Counted from the stretch's first letter, positions 1-13,824 are shown. The stretch is DNA of 31,078 bases from Tricharina praecox (GCF_024521635.1 NW_026250409.1:1488001-1519078), one strand, 5' to 3'. Program-made: numbers and translations. The notes: generated by a model from the letters alone, not told the origin.

Positions 1-430
1 GCACGGCTGGACTGGTAAGTTTAGTACCGCATGTTTGGCTGCAGTGATTGGACCGGTTAGCTATGGACAAAAGGCCGTACGCGGTAGGACATTGGTTATT
101 GGTCGTTGGGCATTGGCTATTGGGTGATGTGCCGTCGAGACAGCAAAAGTCGCAACGACATTGAGCTCTGGGGGAATACCTACTAACCTACCGACCGTAC
201 TCACCTATGTTTCCCGCATAAGCAGCAGCATCGGTTTGTTTGTTGGATGGTTGGTTGCGCGAGATACGCTGCGGCGGCGGTTTCAGTCATCTTCCCTAGT
301 AGCACTCTACCGTACGATCCGGACCAGCAGCAGCGTGATCCTTCCGTATCGCCAACGAGCGCGCCTGCGAGGAAAGGAAGGCCTATCTGGGAATTCCGCA
401 AAACGTTGAGTGGTTTTCACCGACGCCGCG

Positions 431-540
431 TGTGCGGTGCTGTGCTGTGCTGTGCTGTGCTGTGCTGTGCTGTGCTGTGCTGTGCTGTGCTGTGCTGTGC
501 TATGCTGTGCTATGCTGTGCTATGCTGTGCTATGCTGTGC
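431..540. repeat. (TGTGC/TATGC)n pentanucleotide microsatellite, ~22 units
   Basis: Directly visible tandem TGTGC with TATGC variants; it accounts for the CAVLC repeats in ORFs 247-687 and 410-628. Confidence 0.95.
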
Positions 541-3524
541 TTATTTTTTTTTCCCAATCCACGAACGAGCGAACCTGAGATGGCGACGGGGCGACGGACG
601 GAGAAAGCAAAGCAAAGCTCGAATCTGACATTTGATGCGGAATCGAGGGGGAGGGGGGGCACAGATAACGGGGGGGGGGGGGGGTAGGTAAATAAGAAGG
701 TACGTGACTCTGCGAGGTTTGTGTGTGTGTGTGTGGGAAGTGTGTAGGCAGAAAATCACCGCTACCCCACACTATCGCCCGCGCACTTGAAGAATGAAAC
801 TGCGTGGGCTGATGTTCCTGGTCACCGCGGGAGGATGGGGGGGAGGGCTTGTGTTGTCTGGTCAGTATGCGCCCGCCTGTCGTCCGTGGGGATGTTAATG
901 TGAGGACTTGCGAGCAGGAAGCGTCGATTGAAGGTATGCTTTGTTTTTCCGCATGGTCTTTTACCCTCGCCCCCCCGCACCCGTTGGGATATCGCGCCGA
1001 TCATCGGTGGTGTGTTGATGAGGGTGGCGTTTTTATTTATTTATTGTTTTCCTTTTCTGGGGTTTCTTTTCAAGCCACAGCGACCACCGCCTCGATGAGG
1101 CTGAAGCAACCACCTCCACGTCATATCGTGCATCGTCGGTGGACGGGGGCGACTTCCTCGGACCTCCAGATTTGTCGCTAGAACGATTCTTCTTCTTGGC
1201 TCCCCCCTCAGAATAGTTACCTAGGACCTTATGCATCGGATTTCTTTCGGCTCTTCTCCGGAATCTTCACCCCCTTCCCCCCGATGGTGTCGGGTATTAT
1301 CCAATCTGGGATCACGGTAGGTAGAGTATGCAACTCAAGTAAGTGCACTAACTATGTACTTCCTTAGGTAGAGTAGTGCCCCCGTCCACTCTGGAGCAAC
1401 CCACTGGGTAGAGCACTCGTGCCATGCACCATTTGCTGTCAAACAGCCCGGTTGGAGATGTTCGGGCTAGGCTGACCATCCGAGATAGGAGATCGCGGAT
1501 GGGATACCGAGGAGCTGGAACCGCCTCCGGTATCCTGTCCTGCTAGTTTCTCGGGAATTCATGTGCGTACAATACTTACCTACATAGGTAGCCAAGTAGG
1601 TACATATGCGTCCATACATACATACTTCCACACCATGCCACCGTACCGTACGGTAGCGACCACGACACGGGGGAGGAGGGGAAGCGGTCGTCGGTGGCAT
1701 GGGCGAGCGAGAGACCGCCGGCGATTTGTGCCAGCACCGTCCTCTTGTCGTGCACCCATCACGGCCCACATGTGCAGTACATACTTAGGTACAGCTGCGG
1801 CCACGGATGTTGCGAAGTCGCCGGGACCAGCCGCCTCCACGCGGCCATGCAGCCGCCGCGCCGCGGGCTTCTCGGCGAGCGTCGAAGTCGGAAGTACATA
1901 CACGTACCCAAGTAAGTAACAAGTACCTAAGAAGTACTTGATCTCTAGAGTATGGTACTCCATGCTTATCAGCAATTGACATTGCTCGACCCGGCGTGGT
2001 GCGCGGCGGAAATACTCTAGGGTGGGAGTGGCAAGGAAAATAAAAATAAAAAGCTTGACAGCGGATAAATTTTTGTGGGGTTCTCAGTTTGATGCTCATC
2101 GTGGCGCCCGATACTGGCAGCGGATCCTCCCCCCATCCCAATTTGAGATGCATTCTTTTCAGGTAACTGTTCGTGTGTCCCCCCATATCAATTTATTAAT
2201 GCATCTACCCATCCATCCATCAATCGATCGCGATACCTAGTGTGGGGAGCAGCACTCCGTTCAAGAGTACAAATGAGAGTGCGCCACGAGCGTGCGCCCG
2301 CCTGGCAGGATCAAGTTCCCAGGTCCCGTCGGAAGCGCGAATCGCACCGTACCGCATCGCACTAAATGCTGCCTTTATGTACCTAAGACACACTCGTCGC
2401 ATGGCCGTGCATACATACTTAGGTGTGCTTCCCACGGTGATTATAGCCTGTCCGTATCTGCTGAGATTATAGGACCGGACAAAACAGGACAGGTGGGACA
2501 GGACAGGAAGCAAGCATGGAAAGTGTCAGATACCGACTGGGAAAAAAAAGCAGGAAGAAGAAGAAGGAATGGAAGGAAGGAACGGAAAACCCGACCACGC
2601 AGCTCTCTAGAGTACGCTCCGTTCCCAATCGGAAAACTCCTTTCACGCCCCCGCGGAAACTCAAGGTGCATCCGACGACTCTGCCCCCCGCCGGAGTCTC
2701 GTCGGAGTCTCGAGGACCAGTACCGGCATCATTCCAAACAGGACTGAAGTGGGTGACACGAGTCCTCTGACTACTGCGGCAATTTGGTCTTTCGATTCCG
2801 CTGGGATTCCTCGGCGCGGGCTGACGGATATGCCGAGGGCGTTACTAGTGAGTACGCTTCCGAGTGGTACGTACAGTACCTACGGTCGGAAGTGTGGAAA
2901 AAACGGAGGGCGGCTGCGCTGGCTACTCTGGTCGTCGACGATGTTGATAGGGTGTGGTTTCATGGTGGTGCTGGTGCTGCCGGTGGTCGTGTCGATGGAC
3001 CGGACGCTACTACTCAACAATTCGCCGAACTCTCGGCGACGACGTCTGGAGTAACTACTCTATCTGCCATCTACCTATGCGTTCAACCCTAACCCGACGC
3101 CCGGTATCTCCCCATAGTTAACTCATAACTACCTTTCGGAAAGCGTGCGGATACCTACGTGTGAGCACTCTATGTTTGTACAATACATGCCGAGTGAATA
3201 GAGGCGTAATCAAATGGGCGATAAAGGTGTATCCAACCAGGATACGCGCGTGCCCGACGAGGGAATCCCACATAGGTACTCTACGCCTCGGTATGCAAAA
3301 TCGAAACAGCTCCTCTCGATGGCCACAACATCGGGTTTCGGTAGATCCGTACTGGAGGAGACTATTCATACATACATATATACATACATGCGTGTGGGAG
3401 GGGAAAATGGCAAAATGTGAGATGATTCCTCGGGACTTCTCGATGCGCATGTATGATGCGGGAGCTACCCATCTCGGTGCATCTACATGCCTATGCATAG
3501 AAAACGCAGCTTGGAGTAGCAGTA

Positions 3525-3691
3525 GCATCTTAGCATCTTGTCGTCTTGGCCCCTATCTTAGCATCTATCTTAGCATCTTAGCATCTTGTCATCTTGTCAT
3601 CTTAGCCTCTAGTATCTATCTAGCAGCTTAGCACCTCACATAGCACTTTAGTTAGCACCTTTAGAGCACTTTAGCATGTTAGCACCTTAGC
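3525..3691. repeat. Degenerate ~8-bp tandem repeat (GCATCTTA / GCACTTTA)
   Basis: Repeated TTAGCATC, TTGTCATC and TTAGCACC units across the interval. Confidence 0.75.
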
Positions 3692-5033
3692 GAAAATGTA
3701 AGCCGACCCATATCAATTCACCGGCATTCTCCGATGTGTTCGTGTGTGTTCGATGGGCCGCTCAAAGTGCTGCCAACCATTCGTCCGACTGGCCGGAACG
3801 ATGCACACTACATGCATACATTTCTTCGTAGCTTGGACCCCTTTTTGACGGCTGGCATTGCAGTTGCATACGCCGGATACTTCGTGTGTGCCGAAAGAGA
3901 GAACCAACTATCATAACTAGGCTGACGCTCTGTGCTCGCAGGAAACTATGCACTGGTACTGACTTATGTCGATATGTAGAGTACACAAGTAAAAGTAAGA
4001 ACTTTGGTTATAACCAAGTGAGGAGGTACTTATGTACCATACACATATACATACAATTGTACGGCAACCACTCGCATTTAATCACTATGCACACACCCGC
4101 CAGGCCAGGCCGATGGGATGGGATACACACCCTCACCGGACGCCAAGCGTTCCATACCACCACCACCGATAATGCCACCCACGTCAATCGATCGTTGATG
4201 GGGAGATACGTCCCCACAGGCACTGGCTGCCCTCTATCGCCTATCGCGAGAAGGGGGGCTTCGTATAGGCACAATATCTTCCCCTTCCGGAGTCTAGCAG
4301 ACGCACTGAGTTTAGAGTGCCGAGTGCGTCGAGGGTTGTTGCGAGTCACGGTCAGTGAGTATCGTCGGCGCAGTCACGGGAGAGAGTGGGGGTGGATTTG
4401 TATTGAATGGGCTGGTATGTTATGTGCCTCTATACTTGGTAGAGTACTTGGTTTACTCGATTCTGTCCGCGGTAGATATTGTTATTGTTGTTATTGTTGT
4501 TGTGCGTGCGGCGCGGCGCGGTGAATGCAACAACTGGGCCGGACCGTGGTGGCCGTGTGTCTTGCCTTGCTTTGCTTTGCGTTGCGTGCCTTGCTAGCCG
4601 GCCGCCGGCGTCCGCTGCGGTTCCCAAAAAATAAATTAAAATAAATTCCCCCTTTCTATCTCTCTCTCTCAGTCCCACGGTCCATTCTCACGACGCTTAC
4701 AGCGGCTGGCAAGTTATATTCCACGGCTGTTGCGTGCGAGCCATGTACATATGTAGTCTATGTACTTACATACATACATAGGGTGCCCTGTGTGTACGGT
4801 ATCAGCCTCGGGCCGGTGTAGATATCTCTCCTAAATTCCTAGGAAAATTCTCCCCCCCTCCCCCCCTCGAGGCTTCTCCGGGGGTCTCACCTGGGTAACC
4901 TGCCTACCTACCTGGTACTCCGTAGAGGGTAGGTGGTTTGCGCAATCGGCCGCCACGCAGCAGAGTTCTGCCTTAGCAGCCCACTTCCACTTATCAGTAA
5001 CACATGGTTTGGGCCGCGTGCTGGTACAGAGTC

Positions 5034-5096
5034 GAGTAGAGTACGGCAGAGTAGAGTAGATACAGTAGAGTAGATACAGTAGAGTAGAGTAGAGTA
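5034..5096. repeat. (AGTAG)n-type degenerate pentamer repeat
   Basis: gagtagagtagatacagtagagtagatacagtagagtagagtagag. Confidence 0.8.
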
Positions 5097-5485
5097 CCGC
5101 AGACTGCAGGGTGTATTACTCTGTAGAAAGCAAGTAATTGATCCTGTATGTATGTGCGTACTCTACCCATTCTACATACATGCCCACTGGGTATATACGC
5201 AAGTTACCTACTTGGGTAGTGGCCCAAGCCTCAAGGTCCGGGTCGCAACTTGCCCTCTGGAGTCTGCTCCACGCCATTCGCCATCCAACTCGGAAGTCCC
5301 GTAACAGCATAGGGCGGCTGGGCAAGTGCATCAGCGAAGAAAATAAATAAAAGAAAATAGGAGAACATAAAAGGGAATAAAAGAAAATGCCAAAAAAATA
5401 AAAAATGGGGTGGGTGGACGATGCAATCCGGAGAATGTGTCTCAACCCTGACGACTACCCATGTGCATCCATACCACGGGGCCGA

Positions 5486-5574
5486 CTGCTCTGCGCCGCT
5501 CTACTCTGCTCTGCTCTGCTCTGCTCTACGGTACTTGGTACATACATCCTACTCTACCGTACTCTGCTCTACTG
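5486..5574. repeat. (CTGCT/CTACT)n degenerate pentamer repeat
   Basis: ctctactctgctctgctctgctctac...ctactctaccgtactctgctctac. Confidence 0.7.
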
Positions 5575-6602
5575 TCGCCCCCAGCAGGCAGGCAGGCCCC
5601 ACCAGAGGCCGTCCCGGTTCTTCAGATATAGAGTATGACTTGCAGCCGATGCGATCGCTTCACGAGAAAAAAAACTAAAAACCAAAAAAACAGTCGTCTG
5701 GCGGGCTCCGGTCCGTGATTGGCTGGATTGACGTCGTGGCGGGTATGGCTGCCACTTTCTGCTTAAGCCCAGCGTCCTCCAGAGGCAACCATTCGCCGGC
5801 AGCAGTTCGCCCCCATGCCAGAAAGAAAAATAGCCATCGCTCATCGTCGTCTCGTCTGGGGAAGGGGGGTGGGGGAAGGGATCACCAACTCCCATGCCGT
5901 CCAAGCCCACACCCACACCAGGAAACGGCTGTTTATCGCAACGCCACCAACATGACAGGGCTACATATCTCCAGTCGGGCATGCGGTGCTTGTGGCGCTG
6001 CATCACAATAGCAACAACATCAGCCTTAGGTATGTATTGGTACTGGAGTATGTACCTATGTACCTATGTACCTACCTACATGCTCTACTCTACATCTTGC
6101 AGCTTTCAGCAGCGGTGGTAGATCTTGGGACGGGGTGCAGCAATATCGTGAGCATCTTAATGGGCATTCCATGTTGTCTCTCTCTGCTGAGTGTGGTCTA
6201 GAATAGTACTCTACACGTCTACAGCCGCAAGGAATCTCCAAGGCTGGACGTGTAGTGTTGAAATATACGGATAGAACGACCGAGATGATTGATTCGATAC
6301 AGCAAAAACCCTATCGCCAGCAGTGAGGCCTCTCTTTATATACAAGGCTGAGGTGCCGCCTAAAGTTCGCCGCGTAACCATATGCTCGTCGATACTCGGT
6401 CTCTACCGTCCAACGCGAAACCTTAGTCGTGCCGACGTCCCCGGGCGTCCAAACTTTGATATGTAGCATCCGCGGGCAGGCTCCGTTCGAAGGCATGCGC
6501 CGAGCCTTGCTCCCGTTCTAACAGGATCCTATATCGCGTACCTACTCCAAGTATACGGGCTGGATAATGTATGTTGCACGCCGCCGCCTGCCATAGTATG
6601 TC

Positions 6603-6740
6603 CCACCACCATCACCACCACAACCATCACCACCATCACCACTACCACCATCACCACCACCACCATCACCACCACCACTACCACCTCCTCCTCCTTCTCG
6701 TCCTCCGCCTCCTCCGCCTCCAACTCCTCATCCTCCTCCT
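6603..6740. repeat. (CAC)n microsatellite grading into (CTC)n
   Basis: Imperfect CAC/CAT array followed by a CTC/CCT array; produces the poly-His and poly-Leu frames. Confidence 0.9.
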
Positions 6741-7314
6741 ACATAAGTTCAATACCACCACCACCACCACATCCTTACCGTACGTACAGGCGAACCTCCT
6801 GCATGCAGGCTGCGCTACTGCACCTCTTCCCTCCCACCACCACTTCCACTCTCCCAGCACCATTCGCTTCATCCTCCCGATTACCCAGGTACACTGATCC
6901 CGGTTCTTGTACCAGTCTGCTCCGGTATCCCCCCCTTCCTAATTTACTTGATATTTTTTTATTTTTTTTGCGTCTCCTTCTGAGCTGCTTTTGCTTCTTG
7001 TATGTAGTGCTCACATGGCCCGTCTATTCGGTCCCGCCTAGGGCTTGACCTCCACCCCAGTGCGTCACAATTGGCCAATTCAAGCGCTTTCTTCGGAGAT
7101 CTGCTCACTGCTCAGCCCATGGCCTTCAATGATTCGTCATATGTCTATCAACACCACCCCCCCCCACCCCCAACACGGTATCCCGTCTGTCTATTGAATA
7201 AATAGACCCATCGTTCCCTTCCGATTCTACCCTTCAAGGTCGATTATCTTCGTATCATCTCAGCCGTTAACTCAGCTGTCACCGTCGTCAAATCGCCCAT
7301 CGAACTTTACAACA

Positions 7315-9251
7315 ATGGAGAAAGTGCAAGATTCGCCACCGCCGAGTACGGCGACGACTGTTCCTCCGCCGGATAACGATAAAAACAATGTTCCGGAGAC
7401 GCCAACATCCCCCGGAGCCTCCCTCTTCGACGGACTGGATCAGAAGGAGATCGAACGCCTGGGAAGAGCTCGACCAGAATGCTTCAAGACCCAGTGGTCA
7501 GAGATTGCCTTCATACTGTCGATATGCATGTCTCAGATCTTGGTGGTTCGTACTCGAAGAAACTGCTCCCCACTCATTTTTGGAACATTCGCTCACTCTT
7601 CCCCTTACAGGAGTACTTCGTTTCTGGATTCAATGTGCTGGTACCGACGGTTGTCGAAGCTCTTGATATTCCACCAGCATCGGCAACTTGGCCGGCATCA
7701 GCTTTCTCTCTCGTCATATCCTGCTTCTTGCTGCCGATGGGCAGGCTTTCCGACATGTACGGTGGCAAGCGGTTGTTTGTCATCGGCGTGGGATGGCTCG
7801 TTATCTGCAGTATAGTGGCGGGAGTGGCCCAGACGGAACTGATGTTAGATCTCGCGCGAGCATTGCAAGGTCTCGGGCCCGCTGCTTTTCTCCCGAGCAG
7901 TGTCATGCTCCTTGGAAGCGTTTACCGTCCTGGGCCTCGGAAAAACTTGGTTAGTCAAAACCTCCCCCCCCCCCCCCACACACCGCTCCATCCCCTAATC
8001 GGGGAGGAGGGGGGGACCGGGAGTCTGTTCGCCGGCTAGAGGATCTTGGCAGCTGACTTGAACGCTCGCTTTTCAGGTGTTTTCGGTTTACGGTGCCTGT
8101 GCTCCTCTGGGTTTCTTCGTGGGAATCTTTTTTGCGGGACTTGCAGCGCAACTGATGAGCTGGCGCTGGTACTTCTTCATCGGTGCAATCCTGAGCGCAA
8201 TCTCATTCTTCCTCGCATATGCGTCCATGCCGTCGGACACCGATGAACGCGCGGCACTGGGTATCAAGATGGACTGGCCGGGTACGGTTTTGATTGTATC
8301 GGGACTTGTTCTAATAGTGTTTTCCTTCACCGCATCGCCAAGTGCTCCGCAGGGCTGGAGGACGCCGTACATCCCTGTCACTTTTTGCGCGGGAGTTGTG
8401 ATCTTGGCGGTTGCCACGTGGTGGGAGGGCTGGATGGCCGAACAACCATTGTTGCCCGTCGAAATCTTCAAGGTCGATACATTCCCCGCGGTCGTCGGTG
8501 CCATGTTCATGCAATATGGTGGTCTGGGCATCTTTTTGCTCTATACCACTTACTAGTACGAAAACCCTCTTGTCCCGAAAAAAAGAGCTTCACTGACGCC
8601 GCCCGCAGCATGGATGCGATTATTGGAGGAAGCCCGCTACAGATCGTGGCCTGGGTCTCTCCCATGTGCATTGGGGGCATCATCATCGCGGCAGCTGGCG
8701 GATTCGTGCTTCACTTACTCTCCGGAACCATTTTGATGCTCATTGCGGGAGTCTCCTGGGTCATCGCGCCGTTGCTATTCGCCATTATGCCATCAAATGC
8801 CTCCTATTGGGCCTTCGTTTTCCCGGCAATGGTTACAGCAACGATCGGAATCGATATTAGCTTCAACATCACCAACATCTTCATCACCACCTGCCTTCCG
8901 AAGCGGCAGCAGGGTCTTGCCGGTGCAATGTGAGTTATATCCCGGATCTAATATTGCGTCTTATTGCGGTAGCTAACGTCATCTCCCCCACTCAGAATCA
9001 ACTCCAACATGCATCTCAGCATCGCCTTTTTCCTTGGTCTCGGCGAAATCTTGGCCCACGAAACCAGACATCACGGCCTCCAGCAGAGCTACCGATACGT
9101 CTTCTGGTTCGAAGTTGGACTCGCTGGGGTTGCCCTTCTGATCATGCTCGCATTCGTCCGGTTGGACAGAGCCAAAAGCGACATGACTGCCGACGAGAAG
9201 GAACGTCTGAAGAAGATGCAGCTCGAGGCCGAAGCGTCCGATTCCGAATAA
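7315..9251 (+). CDS. MFS drug:H+ antiporter, DHA2 (14-TM) family, Atr1/aminotriazole-resistance-like; 5 exons, ~541 aa
   Basis: Exons 7315-7545, 7611-7949, 8077-8555, 8609-8929 and 8996-9251 total 1626 nt with the frame kept at every junction. Introns: GTTCGT..GCTCAC..CAG, GTTAGT..GCTGAC..CAG, GTACGA..ACTGAC..CAG, GTGAGT..GCTAAC..CAG. The protein has MFS motif A (GRLSDMYGGK), motif B (LARALQGLG), YRPGPRKNLVFSVYGACAPLGF, WRWYF, MDWPG and many hydrophobic helices. Confidence 0.93.
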
Positions 9252-10521
9252 GCTTCAATCCTCAACCTTCGATTTACTTTTTTCTTTTCCGTTCCATCTT
9301 TTTCTTTTCTTTGTTTGGATTAGGGGGTTTAAATTGGTTTCATCTGGGTCTGGTTTCCTATTAGGGTTTTTTTCTTTTGGAGATGCATGCTTTGACTCTG
9401 GGACAACCACCGTCGGGCGGTGCTAATGCACTAATTCCTGTACAGTACGATAACTTTACGGAGTCAAAAAGTGGTTGGATGGGGGAAATTTGTTTTTTTT
9501 TCTTTCGGTTTTCTTTTTAACCTCCTCTTTGCTCGTGTTTTAATCATAGGAAAAAAGAGGTGGAGGTGGGATCTCATACGGGATTGGTGGAGAGACGAGG
9601 CATTGCCGGAGGGACCGGGATGAGGTGATGCGCATGTATATCCATGGCTTGGATGACATGTGGTCGTAGGGGATGGGGTGCCGACGAGAGGACTACATCT
9701 ACCGACTCACCAGCTTTTTTACGCCGGAGTCGAATGGACTCTTACTGTAACAACTCAATCGATAGCTATATAGTAATACATACCTTCGTTGGACCTATCT
9801 CCAGCCCGTTAGCTTTAACCGGTAGCCGATCAACGACGCAGTCAGCTCTGCACCGCACCGGTAGTTGAATGGTTGAATGGCTGCGTGTGTTTTCCGCACG
9901 GGGATACCAGGTGCCGCGGTGCACCGGCATATGAAGTACTTGCCTATAGATACTTGTGTATATGAACAGAGACACAACCGAGTGCGTATGAGGATTATGA
10001 TCATTAGGTATGTATGTATGCACATATACATGCATGGCAAACACAAGGAAGGACCAGAGGATCACGGAGCAACGGTCGGTGGGATTCGTGCGCACCCCAT
10101 GTAATGCATTCTGTATGGGTAGCATACCAACACGTATTATTTCGTGCCGGCATGTACCTCCTTGCGGGTATACCTCTCCCTTCCCCTCCATCCATCGCTG
10201 CAAAAGGGTGAGGGGGGTGGGGGTTACTAATTCTTTCCGCGCGGGCGCGCGCGTTGGCGCCTCGCCTCCATGGGTAGAGTACGGATGCAGTGGAATACCG
10301 GTAGGTATATAGCGCCCGCACTTGGCGCACCGGCACCGGGACAATCGTGGTAGTTAGTAGTAGATTTCGATTGCCGCGGGATGGATCAGGTGCAGCAAAT
10401 GTCATCATCACCGGCAGGACCAAGTCGGGCATCCAGCGAGAGATCAATGTGTGGTGTGATAGTGGAACACCTCAGCATACCTACCTACGTGCGTAAAGAA
10501 ACTCACGGAAGAGATGAGATC

Positions 10522-10605
10522 ATGGTGGTGGTGTTGGTAGTGTTGGTGGTGACGGTGGTGATGGTGGTGTTGGTAGTGTTGGTGGTGACGGTGGTGATGG
10601 TGGTT
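10522..10605. repeat. GGT-rich 36-bp tandem duplication (~2.3 copies)
   Basis: tggtggtgttggtagtgttggtggtgacggtggtga occurs twice in tandem. Confidence 0.85.
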
Positions 10606-13600
10606 GTGTGCAGACAATACCCGACTGGACTACAACCCGATCCTTCCATCCACGCATCCATCCGCCTTGCGACTGCTACCCCCGCAACGATGGCCGGATT
10701 GGAATATGTCCTCGTGTGTCGACTCCTGCTTGTCGTTGGTCTCACTTCTTGGTGAGGGGAAGGATGAGGTATCGACAGCTTCCAGCAAAGCATGCGGTTG
10801 GGTATCACCTTTCCACGGCGAGATGAGTAGATATGGAATACTCTAGAGCATCTGCAGAAAAAATACTATATAGCTATAGATGATCTATATCGAGTCAATA
10901 TGAACTCAAGAATGCGTGTAGTTCGCCAGTCCTAGTTGCCGCTTCCGTAGTCTGCTGCTTTTCCTGGGAACCTATCATTGCCAGCAGCCCCACACCACTC
11001 GCCGTCGCGGAAGGCAGCGACTTCTATGTACTCTACATACATACATGGTGGCCCGGGATTAATATCATCGCACCCTGGTAGCTACGGCGGGAGAGCAAGA
11101 TCGCTGGTCGATGGCCACCACATACATGTTATACCTAGACTAACGGTGGCCAGCCAGCCGTCCGTCATCAATTTTTGGCTGGCAAAAGCTGTGGTGGGAA
11201 AAAATATGTGTTGTTCGGTTAGGACTGCGGTCTAGCCTGCGTCTAGAGCGTTTGGGGCAGGCAGGCCGCGGAGAGAGGGAAACCAAGTGCCGTATGTACG
11301 TACCTCATGGTCCATGCTGGACCAAGTATTGGATGGAAGCTCGTCCACTCTCCAACGGAGAATGATTCTCACTGTCTCGGTGATGACGCACGCAGAATTT
11401 GCCGGACGGAAAACAGGTTGGCATTGCTAGAGAGGTCGCCGGTGCAGTGGGGCCAGAGCACCACATGTTGGAAAACCCACCGGGTTTGGTATTGCCTCCA
11501 TACTCCATAGATACTCCATTCTCGATTATGCAGAGTGCTCTCGAGTCTCGAAGGCCCCCCCCGGGCCCCCGGCGTCCCGAATACGCCGGCGTTGCCAAGT
11601 GGTTGGATAAGCGGCGTGCGATGACTGGCAGCGCTTACCGCCGTCGCTGCCCCGGCTGGACGCTTGTCTGGAAAATCGAGCCAATTGATATTTCGCTCCC
11701 AGATGATGAGGGATCCCTACCTACTATACTCACCTTGTGACTCATTGGACGTCGTCGATCAAACGAAAACGGTAGAGATCACGATCGAAGGAGCGACTCC
11801 GCCGAGGCGAAGCATGAGGGATGTCTTTGCAACTTGGCACGATGCGGGTCTATCACGGTATTGCGAACGACCACGTCAATCCCCGAGGTCCAAGGTGAGA
11901 AGCAGTCCGAAAGAGTATCCCGTGCTGGGCTGGGCCTTCATACTGTGAACATATCATTTGCAGACCGAGAGACGACTTCCGGGATCATGACTCTCTACTA
12001 ACTACTCCAGCCGTTAACTTTGCACTGCAGCGGCAGCAGCATCAGCAGCAGTGGCACCTAATTCCCACAAACAACTGCATGTTCGCAGTCACCATCTAAG
12101 TTCCCGCATCTCAAATTGCCTTGTTTACTCACCGCTGAGGACGGCATTTTTCTTATCTTTATCGCTCAGTTTCTTTCTTGACGCGTGCTCACCGCATATC
12201 TATCTACCATGTTGGGTATCTCCAGTGACTTTTGTGGCTTGAGAAAAAGCAAACCTGAAGCGTCTAAAGCTTCTGGGTGGTGCACCCCCCCGCATTTCCG
12301 CTTGACAGCGGAGTACCTACCTACAGGCAGGCGGCGGGGCGGGTGTGCCGACCGGCCTTACATACGGCAAACAACTGCGCTCGTTATCTGTGCTTCCGGA
12401 AAGTGTGTGTGCGTGTGTGCCTGTGGGGTGTGCAGGCTAACTACCTACTACTGCTTGGTTCTCCCTGCGATACCCAGTCCAGCCCAGCGTTTTAAAGCCA
12501 GCGCAGGGGGGAAAGAGTGAACGAGTGACAAAGGTGAACGACAAGCAAGCAGAAGCCGGTAGATCGTTCGTGGGCCCTCTCGCTCACCGGACAGGACAAA
12601 AGATGAATCGAGTCGGATCACGCGAAAGAAAAGGAAAAAAAACACGAATTGCCCACCTGACGACCTTTCCTGAGCCTGGTCGGCTGATTTTCCCTCACGG
12701 CTTCGCTCGCTCGCTCGCTCGCGCGGGCGACTTCAGATGCACTCGTCGACGGTCGACCCATTGCCTGGATCTTGCTTTCTTTCTTTCAAACTTGGTGAAT
12801 CAGAGCACAATGCCCCCACATACGTATGTCATGTAATTGCCTGGACATAGACGCCGAAAAGGATTTTCGAAGGAGAAAGCATGGTAGGTGGTAGGTGGTG
12901 GTAAGCCCGCCGCGGAGAACAGAACTTGAGCGCGTGCATCACAGTGGGGGCGAGTTATGTTCTCGGAATCACCCCCAGTACACACCATCCCCAGTCCGTC
13001 ACGAATTTTAAGCTTCTTTTTTTTTACTCCCTCGGGCCGTGCCAATTGTGATGGTGGCTGCGTGGAACAATAATACTCGCAACTATTACAATGACCTAAG
13101 AAGGTTCTTCATAGCCCCTCACTCATAGCGCTGAAACCGAACACTCGATTAGATTTCTCAACCCGGGGTTTGAGATCGCGGATCTTACCGGTTTTACAAA
13201 TTTGTCTGGGCGAACCCCAGGCTGTGACGAAAAAAAATCCATGTCCCACAGCGAAAAAGAAACTCGGGTGATAAGTAATGCAGGTCGTCCCCACGCGACA
13301 TCCACCCCCCCGCGAGCCGCTTCCGGTTTTGGCCACAATGCCGAGTCCCCCCTCCCCCCGTGTTGATGGGCAGGGATACGAGCGAACTTCAGCGGGCTAC
13401 TCACACGAGACCGACCATTGGGCCACCGGAAAACAGCGTGCCGAAGCATGATCGATCCCAGCCACACCAGCAGACAAGCGAAAAACAGGTCAGCGGCGGG
13501 CGGCAAAGTCCGCGGTCCGCAACATGATGTCGAGCATCATCGTGATCTAGGCAGGGAGACATCGTCCCGTCAGATTTCAATTTGACCCTATAATACCTAG

Positions 13601-13819
13601 AGTACTCTCCCTCAACCAGGCAGAGCTATATCTAGCCGCGAGTGATGAGGAATTATATTCGATCTGGCGGAGTGCTCGAGCTATCGGCCGCGCCGCTCGT
13701 ATCGTGGGCGCGGCCGGCGTTTATTAAACACTCGCCAGCACGTTGCATTGTAGTTTTTTGCTTATCTAAATGTTTATGGATATTCGAGTCCCGTGGGGTT
13801 GCTTTTTAAAAAAATAGAA

Positions 13820-13824
13820 AAATA

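Noticed and set aside
247..687. Cys-rich CAVLC-repeat ORFs resembling a metallothionein or RiPP precursor
   Set aside because: They result from a pentanucleotide microsatellite that gives the same peptide in every frame.
2784..3092. ORF containing YVQYLRSEVWKKRRAAAL, reminiscent of HNH nuclease N-termini
   Set aside because: No CxxC or HNH motif follows, the start is non-ATG, and no splice model rescues it.
3085..3095. AACCCTAACCC, resembling a telomerase RNA template or interstitial telomere seed
   Set aside because: An 11-nt match is plausible by chance in 31 kb, and I could not recognise a template-adjacent pseudoknot or CR4/5-like element. An Infernal search with fungal TER models would settle it.
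6571..6897. Poly-histidine ORF resembling a metal-binding peptide
   Set aside because: It is the translation of a (CAC)n/(CTC)n microsatellite, has a non-ATG annotated start and shows no other coding signal.
11399..11948. Short ORFs that might be a small gene or relic
   Set aside because: No recognisable domain or consistent intron model by eye.
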